A DNA stretch of 64,000 bases from Thermomicrobiales bacterium (GTDB lineage: Bacteria; Chloroflexota; Chloroflexia; Thermomicrobiales; UBA6265). The DNA lies in contig OZ244595.1 in the NCBI GenBank assembly GCA_965218235.1, positions 14,083 through 78,082 on the forward strand. Reading direction: 5' to 3'. Positions 23,733 to 32,060 of this stretch are shown here, one piece after another. Each line of letters opens with the position of its first letter. The first letter of the stretch is position 1. Position numbers and translations under genes: made by a program. The notes beneath the pieces were generated by a model, which searched no databases, had not been told where the DNA came from, and saw nothing but the letters and a program-made list of their open reading frames with translations.

Positions 23733-24941
23733 ATGGCCGATACCGGTATGTCATCCCCCACGCATCGGAGCCAGGGCCGCAAGGTAGCGTACCGGCCCTG
23801 GGACGGTGACCGGCCGCTGCGGCTGATCATCGCCGGCGGTGGCACGGGCGGGCACGTCCTGCCGGCCGTGGCAGTACTGGAGGAGCTCGTCCGGCGCAAC
23901 ATCCAGCTGGACTGCCTCTGGGTCGGGTCGGCGGACGGTGTCGAGCGCCGGGCCGCTACGGACGCCGGCATCTCGTTCCGGACGGTCCAGACGGGCAAGC
24001 TGCGGCGCTACCCAAGCATGAGGACGGCCCGCGACGCCGTCCGGATCCCGGTCGGCATCGTCCAGGCGGCCCGGATCGTTCGTGGTTTCCGGCCAGATGT
24101 GATCCTCTCGACCGGCGGCTTCGTCAGCGTCCCGACGGTCATCGGTGCCCGTCGCTCCGGCCCAATCGTCACCCATGAGCAGACCGCCATCCTCGGTCTG
24201 GCCACCAGGATCAACCTCCGCTTCGGCTGCACCCTCGCGATCTCCTACCCGGAAACAGCCGCGATCGCCGAGGGGAAGGCCTCCCGCGTCGAGCTGACCG
24301 GCAACCCGATCCGGGCCTCCCTGCAGGGCGGTGACGCCGAGCGGGGCCGGGCGGCGTTCGGTCTCTCGCCCGATCTACCGATCCTGACAGTGATGGGCGG
24401 AGCGAAGGGGGCGACGCCGGTTAACCAGCGGGTTCGCGACCTGCTGCCCGGCCTGCTCGACCAGGTTCAGGTCGTCCATCAGACGGGCCCGGCCGCCGAC
24501 GGCAACGACGATGCAGCCGGGCTCGCCGCGCTCCGGTCATCCTGGCCGGAGGGGAGCAAGCACCACTACGTCGTCCGCGACTTCATCCGGGAGGAGATGC
24601 CCGATGTCTATGCGATGACCGATCTCGTCCTGGCTCGGGCTGGTGCCGGGACGGTCGCCGAGCTGGCCGGGCTCGGAATTCCCTCGATTCTGATCCCGCT
24701 GCCACACGCCGGCGGCGATGAGCAGACCCGCAACGCCGACGTCCTGGCCCAGGCCGGGGCAGCGGTCAGGCTCACACAGGATGAGGCGACCCCGGACAGA
24801 CTGAAGGAGACGATCCTGTCGATCCTCAACGATCGTTCGCGCCGCCAGGGTATGGCGGATGCCGCGCGGTCGCTGGGCAACCTCGACGCCGCCGCCCGCC
24901 TGACCGACCTCCTCATCGAACTCGCCAGCGCCCCCGGATGA
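23733..24941 (+). CDS. murG: undecaprenyldiphospho-muramoylpentapeptide beta-N-acetylglucosaminyltransferase (GT28)
   Basis: GGGTGGHVLP, TGKLRRY, TGGFVSVP, HEQ, TGNPIR, RAGAGTVAEL, ILIPLP, EQTRNA. Confidence 0.88.
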   Translation: MADTGMSSPTHRSQGRKVAYRPWDGDRPLRLIIAGGGTGGHVLPAVAVLEELVRRNIQLDCLWVGSADGVERRAATDAGISFRTVQTGKLRRYPSMRTARDAVRIPVGIVQAARIVRGFRPDVILSTGGFVSVPTVIGARRSGPIVTHEQTAILGLATRINLRFGCTLAISYPETAAIAEGKASRVELTGNPIRASLQGGDAERGRAAFGLSPDLPILTVMGGAKGATPVNQRVRDLLPGLLDQVQVVHQTGPAADGNDDAAGLAALRSSWPEGSKHHYVVRDFIREEMPDVYAMTDLVLARAGAGTVAELAGLGIPSILIPLPHAGGDEQTRNADVLAQAGAAVRLTQDEATPDRLKETILSILNDRSRRQGMADAARSLGNLDAAARLTDLLIELASAPG

Positions 24942-24996
24942 TGGCCACGTCGCGAATCGACCATGCAGCCAATCCCACCAGCAAAGGCAGATCCTG

Positions 24997-25602
24997 ATGG
25001 TGTTCCGATCCCTCGGCTTTCGCCGGCCCGAAGTCGACCCCGCCCTCGCCGCCCGCACACCGCCGGGCCAGTATCTGACCGAGCGCTGGCCGGTCCTGCA
25101 CTATGGCTCGATCCCGCGCTTTGACGAGTCGCTCTGGTCATTCAAGCTTACCGGCAGTGTCGAGCACGAGCTCACGTTCACCTGGGCCGAGTTCCAGAAG
25201 CTCCCGATGACGACGACCCATGCCGACATGCACTGCGTCACCCGCTGGAGCAAGCTCGACAACGACTGGCGTGGCGTATCAGCGCGCGAGCTGATCCGGC
25301 GGGCCGGGGTGAAGCCGGAGACGACCTTCGTCCAGTTCATCTGCGAGGCCAACTACACTACGAGCATCCCGTACGAGACGTTCGACCGGGATGACGTCCT
25401 GCTGGCCCTGAGCCACAACGATGACTGGCTCACGCCTGAGCACGGCTTCCCGCTCCGGGCGGTCGTCCCGCCACTCTATGCCTGGAAGAGCGCCAAATGG
25501 ATTCGACAGATCCGATTCCTGACCGAGGACGAGCTCGGCTTCTGGGAGCGCTACGGCTACAACAACCACGCCGACCCCTGGCGGGAAGAGCGTTTCTCCT
25601 AA
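24997..25602 (+). CDS. sulfite oxidase-like molybdopterin oxidoreductase (YuiH-like)
   Basis: PPGQY, WPVLH, DMHCVTRWSK (Mo-ligand Cys), EHGFPLR, WKSAKW, GFWERYGY. Confidence 0.92.
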   Translation: MVFRSLGFRRPEVDPALAARTPPGQYLTERWPVLHYGSIPRFDESLWSFKLTGSVEHELTFTWAEFQKLPMTTTHADMHCVTRWSKLDNDWRGVSARELIRRAGVKPETTFVQFICEANYTTSIPYETFDRDDVLLALSHNDDWLTPEHGFPLRAVVPPLYAWKSAKWIRQIRFLTEDELGFWERYGYNNHADPWREERFS

Positions 25603-25707
25603 CGGGCCAATTGATTCAGCCGTAGACTCGGCCGCCGCAGCGGAGACCGTGACGTAGGGCCACCCGCTCTCGCCACACTGGCGGTGCCCATTCCGATGGG
25701 GAGTGGA

Positions 25708-25879
25708 CTCTCGCTTCGCTGGCCTCTCCTGGCCGCCTCTCGCTTCGCTGGCAGGGAAGCGAGAGGCGGGAACGGGGTACGCCATCGCCATATGACCTTG
25801 AATCCGGTCGATCGCAAACACCGGGACCGCTGCGCGGTACTGCGCCTTGCGGCGCGGACAAGGCAAGCCATGTCCCTAC
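25708..25879. repeat. cluster of REP-like palindromes and a direct repeat
   Basis: 16-bp direct repeat at 25708 and 25737; 14-bp perfect stem 25733-25769; GTAG-headed palindrome on the minus strand at 25879-25856. Confidence 0.55.
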
Positions 25880-26084
25880 GACACTGGTGATGGTAATTGT
25901 TTGCGGGTCACAGCCATAACGCCAGCCAGAGCGGCTCGTCGGCCGGATTGGACCCAACAGCAGCCGAACCAGTCCTCCCAACGAGTCCGACCGTATTCAC
26001 CACAGACCTCACATGCATTACCTGTTACGACGACAGACGCTGGCTGACGTGAAGATGTAAATCCCGGCGCGCTCGTCCGCAACC

Positions 26085-27113
26085 CTACCGACGTGGAGGA
26101 AGCATCGGGCGGGGGGGTGGCGGGCCACCGTCCATCGGCAGATCCTTGACGACTCCGGCCCGGTAGCGCGCCGCCCGCCGGAACCACGGCGCCGCCAACG
26201 AGACGTAGATCCGGCCGCCGAGACCGTCGATCAGCCACTGCGGAATATCGCCGGCGCCACGATAGGCGCCAGCCACTGCGCCGGCGATCGCGCCGATCGC
26301 GTCGGACGGTCCGCCGGCGTTGACCGCCGCGAGGACCGCCTCGTCGAACGTCGAGGTACCGATCACGGCCAGCATCGACGCGGCGATCTGCTGCTCCGCG
26401 GAGCCGGTCGCCAGGCGGCGGAGTTGCACTGCCAGGTCCGGTTCCGGAGCCAGCCCCCGCAGAACGTCGTGCATCGCCCCGGCCCTGAGAACGTCGGCGG
26501 CTCGAGCAAGCCAGTCGTCTGATGGAACCGACTGGCGAGCCGCGAGTTGGGTAACGAACGCCACGGCGGCGACCGCGCTGGCCTGCGCCGGGCTGCCGTG
26601 CGTCAGGCGGGCGACCAGGTCGCTGTCCGTCCGGAGAGCGTCCAGCTGAAGGTCTCCGACCGATGCCAGTAACCCCACCGGTATTCCTCTCGATGCGACC
26701 CCGGCCGCGACTGGTCCGTCCTCGTCGAGCGGGACCTGAAAAACCAGCGACTCCGCCGCCAGATGAAGCGCACTACGGGTCGTCGCGTCCTGCCAGTGGT
26801 CGGAGTCGCCCTGTTCCAGCCGGACCAGCCGCGGACCGATCAGATCAGGGTCGAGCCGTCCGCGATCAGTCGTCGCGACCTCCACGATCGAGAGGGCGAA
26901 CTCCGTCTCGTCGGTGAACTCCCCCGCATCGATGATCGTCCCGTCGGCCCTTGTGAGCGGCAGATACCCGCCGATCCAATTCGGATCGGGTCGCCCGGCA
27001 CGGCCGTTCGCCGGCATCCCGAGCGCGTCACCAATCGCCATCCCGAGGAGGCCTCCAAGGAACGCATCGTCGTTGGCCTGTCCCCGCTCGTCCTGATCGC
27101 GCTTCGTCGCCAT
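26085..27113 (-). CDS. ADP-ribosylglycohydrolase family protein (divergent active site)
   Basis: GMAIGDALGMP, GEFTDETE, ARLTH, AVNAGGPSDAIGAIAGAVAGA, IPQWL. Confidence 0.85.
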   Translation of the reverse strand: MATKRDQDERGQANDDAFLGGLLGMAIGDALGMPANGRAGRPDPNWIGGYLPLTRADGTIIDAGEFTDETEFALSIVEVATTDRGRLDPDLIGPRLVRLEQGDSDHWQDATTRSALHLAAESLVFQVPLDEDGPVAAGVASRGIPVGLLASVGDLQLDALRTDSDLVARLTHGSPAQASAVAAVAFVTQLAARQSVPSDDWLARAADVLRAGAMHDVLRGLAPEPDLAVQLRRLATGSAEQQIAASMLAVIGTSTFDEAVLAAVNAGGPSDAIGAIAGAVAGAYRGAGDIPQWLIDGLGGRIYVSLAAPWFRRAARYRAGVVKDLPMDGGPPPPRPMLPPRR

Positions 27114-27345
27114 GCGGTTCTGTCCTTCGCTCTGGTCCGGAATACCGTTCCGTCCGCACATGCCCGGCCACCTTCCACCCGAATCACCGCGAACGCTGTC
27201 GGTCGGACGTGTTTGCCATCCCCTTGCGCACCTCCATCGATGACGATAGGGTCACGGGGAAACCGTCCCGATCGTGAAACGATGGCGCACGGACGGGTTA
27301 CCGTCCGACCCACGGCTGCATCGCGGCAGGGAGAGCAGAGACCCG

Positions 27346-28833
27346 ATGTCACGGATCACCGTCGACCTCCAGCGTCCCATCGGTACCGTCGACCCCCGCA
27401 TCTTCGGCCAGTTCATCGAGCACCTCGGCCGATGCATCTACGGCGGGATCTACGATGAGGGCTCGCCGCTAAGCGACGCCAACGGCTTCCGGACCGACGT
27501 CCTCAAGGTAGCAGGGCAGTTGCGGGCGCCGATCCTTCGCTGGCCGGGTGGCAACTTCGTCAGCGGTTACCACTGGGTCGACGGCATCGGCCCGAAGGAC
27601 GAACGCCCCCGCCGGATCGAGCTGGCCTGGCACGACGAGGAGTCCAACCGGTTCGGCACGGTCGAGTTCATCGAGTACTGCCGGACGCTGGGGACGGAGC
27701 CGTACATCTGCCTGAACCTCGGGACGGGCACGCCCGACGAGGCCGCCGGCTGGGTCGAGTACTGCAATGGCACCGGCAACACCTACTGGGCAAACCTCCG
27801 GCGCTCACATGGCTACGATGAGCCGTTCAACGTGAAGTACTGGGGCCTCGGCAACGAGATGTACGGCGACTGGCAGATCGGCGCCAAGACGGCCGACGAG
27901 TACGTCCGGTTCGCGACCGAGTTCGCCAAGATCATCCACTGGGTCGACCCGACCGCCGAGCTGATCAGTTGCGGCCAGACTGGCTGGCAGGACTGGGACG
28001 CGACCGTTATCGAGGGGCTGGCGAAGTACGTCCGCTACCACAGCATCCACATCTACACCGGCAGCGACGACCACTGGACCAACGTGATCGAACCCGAGCA
28101 GTCCGACCGCGCGATCCGGATGACGCAGAGCCACATCGACCGGACCCGGCTCAACCAGAACATCGCGCACGAGATCGGGATCGCCTACGACGAGTGGAAC
28201 GTCTGGTTCCGGGACAAGGGTTCACCACTGGAGGAGCAGTACACCCTCTCAGACGCGCTGGCCGTCGCGACCTTCCTGAACATCTTCCTCCACCACGCCG
28301 ATAGCGTGAAGGTCGCCAACCTCGCCCAGATGGTCAACGTGATCGCTCCGATCTTCACCCGACCCGACGGGCTGTTCCTCCAGACGATCTTCCACCCGCT
28401 CCGCCTCTACGCCGAGCACACCGGCACCGTCGCCCTCGACTGCCACGTCGCCGGCGACGAATCCGAACATCGCCAGATCGAGTCGGCGCTCAGGGCCGCC
28501 AATGGGTTGATGAAGGTCCGTGACCGTGGGCCGTTCACCATGGTCCACTCCGCCGCGACCCGCTCCGACGACGGACGCAACCTCACCGTCACGGTCGTCA
28601 ACCGCTCCCCGGACGAGGCGATCAGCGTCCCGCTGGAGCTGATCAGCGGCTCGGCCGAGGGAACGACCCACGTCTCCGTCGTCACGGGCAGCGACCCGTC
28701 ACTCCGCAACTCCTTCGAGTCGCCCGATAATGTTGGCGTCACCGAACGCACGCTGGAACTCATCGGCTCGCACCTGACGCTCGACCTGCCCGCCTGCTCG
28801 GTCAACGTCTACCGGATCCCGATCAGTGCCTGA
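27346..28833 (+). CDS. alpha-L-arabinofuranosidase (GH51)
   Basis: FIEHLGRCIYGGI, RWPGGNFVSGY, WGLGNEM, AYDEWNVW, ANLAQMVNVI. Confidence 0.95.
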   Translation: MSRITVDLQRPIGTVDPRIFGQFIEHLGRCIYGGIYDEGSPLSDANGFRTDVLKVAGQLRAPILRWPGGNFVSGYHWVDGIGPKDERPRRIELAWHDEESNRFGTVEFIEYCRTLGTEPYICLNLGTGTPDEAAGWVEYCNGTGNTYWANLRRSHGYDEPFNVKYWGLGNEMYGDWQIGAKTADEYVRFATEFAKIIHWVDPTAELISCGQTGWQDWDATVIEGLAKYVRYHSIHIYTGSDDHWTNVIEPEQSDRAIRMTQSHIDRTRLNQNIAHEIGIAYDEWNVWFRDKGSPLEEQYTLSDALAVATFLNIFLHHADSVKVANLAQMVNVIAPIFTRPDGLFLQTIFHPLRLYAEHTGTVALDCHVAGDESEHRQIESALRAANGLMKVRDRGPFTMVHSAATRSDDGRNLTVTVVNRSPDEAISVPLELISGSAEGTTHVSVVTGSDPSLRNSFESPDNVGVTERTLELIGSHLTLDLPACSVNVYRIPISA

Positions 28834-29054
28834 CGTTTTTCGCCATGTGCCCGGCGTGGCGAAACCGGATTGATGGTACGATCCAACCGAAATGGGGAAC
28901 GCCTGATTGGGCGCTCCGCAGCAGCGCTGGCACGGGCCGAGCCCCGGCCAATCGCCAATTTCAGCCCATGAACGCGCCGGGCAAACGCCAAACGCGGAGT
29001 GGGCGGTCGAGCCTCGGAGGCATCGACCGCCAGGACCCCAACGGGAAGGAACCC

Positions 29055-30212
29055 ATGTCCAGCTCGACTGCCGCCGATACCTCGGCCCAAATGCCGAAGC
29101 CGAGTGGCCTGGAGGGAATCGTCGCCGCGTCGACGGCGCTTAGCCACGTCTTCGGCGAGGAAGGCCGGCTGGTCTACCGTGGCTATGAGATCCACGAGCT
29201 GGCTGGACGGACGTCGTTCGAGGAGGTCGCCTTCCTCCTCTACCACGGACACCTTCCGGACGCCGGGGAACTCGCCGATTTCCAGCGCCGCCTCAATGCC
29301 CGTCGCCGCCTGCCCAACGGGCTGACGGAGCTGATCCGATCCCTGCCGATCGACACGGTGCCAATGGACGCCCTTCGGACCGGCGTCTCGGCCCTGGGCA
29401 ACTTCCTGACCGGCGAGATCGACGAGGAGCCCGACCTCGACGAGGCCCTGTTGCTGATGGCGGCCGTCCCGTCGATCCTGGCGACGTTCCATCGCCACCG
29501 CCAGGGGCTGGCGCCGGTCGAGCCGCGGGACGACCTCAACACCGCCCAGAGCTACCTCTACCAGCTCCTCGACGCCGAGCCGAGCCCGGACCACTGGCAG
29601 CCACTGGAGACGTACCTGATCCTGCTCGCCGACCACGGCCTGAACGCCTCGACGTTCACTGCCCGTGTCATCGCCTCGACCGGGTCAGACATCTGCTCCG
29701 CGATCACCGGCGCGATCGGCGCCCTCAAGGGTCCGCTCCACGGCGGAGCCCCGTCGAAGGTCCTCGACATGCTGAACGAGATCGGTTCGGCGGACAACGT
29801 CGACACCTGGCTGACCACGGCCATGGACCGGGGCGATCGGTTGATGGGATTTGGCCACCGGGTCTACAAGGCCGAGGACCCACGCGCCGAGATCCTCCGG
29901 GACCTCGCCCGGCGGGCCAGCGACCCGGACTTCTTCGCCCTCTCCTGGACGACCGAGCGCCGCGCCCTGGAGATGCTGGAGGAGCGCAAGCCCGGTCGCC
30001 GGCTCTACACCAACGTCGAGTTCTACAGCGCGGCCGTCCTCGCGGCGGTCGGCCTGCCGGGGGACATGTTCACCCCGACCTTCGCCGTAGCCCGGACCGC
30101 TGGCTACACCGCCCACGTCCTCGAGCAGGTCGCCAACAACCGTCTCATTCGTCCGCAGTCCGAGTTCGTCGGCCCAACCGACCTCCACTTCCGCCCGATC
30201 AACGACCGCTGA
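29055..30212 (+). CDS. citrate synthase / methylcitrate synthase family
   Basis: GLEGIVAA, LVYRGY, DHGLNASTF, GPLHGGA, GFGHRVYK, YTNVEFY, RLIRP. Confidence 0.95.
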   Translation: MSSSTAADTSAQMPKPSGLEGIVAASTALSHVFGEEGRLVYRGYEIHELAGRTSFEEVAFLLYHGHLPDAGELADFQRRLNARRRLPNGLTELIRSLPIDTVPMDALRTGVSALGNFLTGEIDEEPDLDEALLLMAAVPSILATFHRHRQGLAPVEPRDDLNTAQSYLYQLLDAEPSPDHWQPLETYLILLADHGLNASTFTARVIASTGSDICSAITGAIGALKGPLHGGAPSKVLDMLNEIGSADNVDTWLTTAMDRGDRLMGFGHRVYKAEDPRAEILRDLARRASDPDFFALSWTTERRALEMLEERKPGRRLYTNVEFYSAAVLAAVGLPGDMFTPTFAVARTAGYTAHVLEQVANNRLIRPQSEFVGPTDLHFRPINDR

Positions 30213-30237
30213 ATCGCGGACCGCTTGCCGGACCCAT

Positions 30238-30281
30238 GACGACGAGCCCCCTCCGGAATGGCCTGGAGCGGGCTCGTCGTC
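30238..30281 (+). terminator. hairpin after citrate synthase
   Basis: GACGACGAGCCC...GGGCTCGTCGTC 12-bp arms. Confidence 0.6.
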
Positions 30282-30356
30282 GTAGGCGTGAATCACCACC
30301 ACCCGTCGAGGACATCCTCGTGACGTGGTACCGCGCCTCGTCACCGGTTGCCTTCA

Positions 30357-30382
30357 CGGTATCCGCAACACTACGGATACCG
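30357..30382. promoter_or_regulatory. palindromic operator candidate
   Basis: CGGTATCCG-N8-CGGATACCG, 18 nt upstream of a TACACT -10-like hexamer. Confidence 0.45.
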
Positions 30383-30461
30383 CCCTGAGCGGTCACTTCA
30401 TACACTGCGGCGGGGGACCTTGTAGTCCCTTCGACCCGCGTGAACGCGATCAGGAGGCACC

Positions 30462-31289
30462 ATGGAACAAGGACGCTTCGATTCAGTGACTCGATCCCTT
30501 TCGTCCCGTCTCTCCCGCCGCGCGGCCCTCCAGACCGCCGGGCTCGGGCTGGCCACGGGAGTCATGACTACCACGGCCCGCAACGCCACCGCTCAGGACG
30601 CGACCCCTGACCCGCTCTCGGACGACGCGACGTTCCTCTTCGTCCAGTCCGCCGCCTCCGGCACCTTCGCCGCCAACCCCGGCGCCGGGACGCCCACCAA
30701 CAACGGCACGCCGGCCGCCGGTGGTGGGGCCGACTACCTGCTCACCCTCGAAGGCCACACCGGCAACACGGTCTTCTTCTCCGACCGGCCCGAGCGCATC
30801 TTCGGCGAGGCGCCGACCGAGACCTTCCTCGCCAACCTCGGCTTTGGCATCGCCAATCCGCCCAACGCGGCGCTCGTCACGAACGACGCCGACGGCAACG
30901 AGGACATCCTGGTTGTCGAGCTGATCGCCCCCGGCTACGACACGGACTCGGGCACGATTACCTACGGCGTCAACATCCTGAGCGACTACGAGGGCGGGCT
31001 GGACTTCGTCGCGGGCCGGCAGCAGGACGAGGATCTGGCGCCGAGCTTCGGGGAGGCCAGCCTGTTCATCGACGACTGCCCCGACGCGAACCCGCTCAAC
31101 TGCTACGCCGCGTGCTCCCAGGATCCGGTCGGCAACCTTGGCGACCGCGGGATGTGCTGGAAATGGTCGGAGTTCTCGTGCGTGCCGTGCAGTGGCGGCT
31201 TCGACGGCACGGCGCAGGAGTGCAACGACCAGTTCTCGGCCTGTGGCGGACAGTGCTTCACGGACACGACCGGGTGCACCCCGTTCTAA
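30462..31289 (+). CDS. Tat-exported hypothetical protein with a Cys-rich C-terminal domain
   Basis: AGGAGG SD; LSRRAAL Tat motif; FFSDRPER core; 10 Cys in the last ~70 aa. Confidence 0.85.
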   Translation: MEQGRFDSVTRSLSSRLSRRAALQTAGLGLATGVMTTTARNATAQDATPDPLSDDATFLFVQSAASGTFAANPGAGTPTNNGTPAAGGGADYLLTLEGHTGNTVFFSDRPERIFGEAPTETFLANLGFGIANPPNAALVTNDADGNEDILVVELIAPGYDTDSGTITYGVNILSDYEGGLDFVAGRQQDEDLAPSFGEASLFIDDCPDANPLNCYAACSQDPVGNLGDRGMCWKWSEFSCVPCSGGFDGTAQECNDQFSACGGQCFTDTTGCTPF

Positions 31290-31454
31290 ATCCAGGCGGC
31301 GCTTCCGGGACGCTCTGAAGGCACCGTTGCCCTTCGAGGCAAACAGGGCGACGGACCGGACGCATCTGGTCCCTCGCCCTGATTGTCCCGCCCGACCACG
31401 GCCATGCGTCGGTCGCGGGCCGAAACCTTCCCGTCAGCCGCTTGCCGACAGTCC

Positions 31455-31889
31455 TCAAAGCGGCTGCCTGTCAGGCAAGCGTTGGGCGCGATCGGCCGCC
31501 AGCAGGATTCGACGAGCGTCGCCAGCCGGATCAGCAACCTGGAGGACGAGGAGCCGGTATCGGCTGGCCGCCGAGCTGTCGTCGGTCTCGATCATCAGCA
31601 GCTCGTCAGACCGAGGCCGACGAACGGCCCAGAACGACCAATGACGGTTGAGCTCCACGAATGATCCCGCGAAGACCGGACCGGGCCGAAACGGCCAGGA
31701 TGCCCCTGGGAACCGAAACCCGCGGGGACGTTGAGCAACCATCTCCGGTGCCGGCCGGGCCACCGTGACGGCGGCGAGCGGCAGGCGAACGGTCCGTCTC
31801 AACGCGAGCGCCCAATCCCACCCCGAGAGTCGAACCACGACGCGGTCGTCCTCGATGGCAATCCTGATCATGCTGACCTCCGGTCTCAT
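31455..31889 (-). CDS. hypothetical protein (PH-like fold candidate)
   Basis: RGFRFPG...GSF...FWAVR...LVLQVADP pattern; GGAGG precedes an alternative ATG at 31871. Confidence 0.65.
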   Translation of the reverse strand: MRPEVSMIRIAIEDDRVVVRLSGWDWALALRRTVRLPLAAVTVARPAPEMVAQRPRGFRFPGASWPFRPGPVFAGSFVELNRHWSFWAVRRPRSDELLMIETDDSSAASRYRLLVLQVADPAGDARRILLAADRAQRLPDRQPL

Positions 31890-32060
31890 CCACGCGACGA
31901 TCCGATGGCACCAGTAGATCAGATCTCTGCGGCGGAAGGATCACAGCGCGTCATCATGCCGGCAACGATTCCCGACGCTCGTGCGGCGGTGTTGCCGAAG
32001 TCGACGGAGCTTGCGATGCTGGGACCGTTCGCTTGCTTTCGCATTCGCAGGAGACCGCTG

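Noticed and set aside
25876-26060. Minus-strand peptide containing ACEVCGEYG
   Set aside because: Single CxxC, no credible start or SD, and it overlaps the end of the neighbouring gene's frame.
30005-30030. Citrate synthase NVEF instead of NVDF
   Set aside because: The Asp-to-Glu variant is known in the actinobacterial CitA-type subfamily, so it is not novel.
30207-30310. GCTGAATC/GTGAATC words resembling a c-di-AMP (ydaO) riboswitch; also at ~37147
   Set aside because: The other conserved blocks and pairings are missing, and the first word includes the stop codon of the upstream gene.
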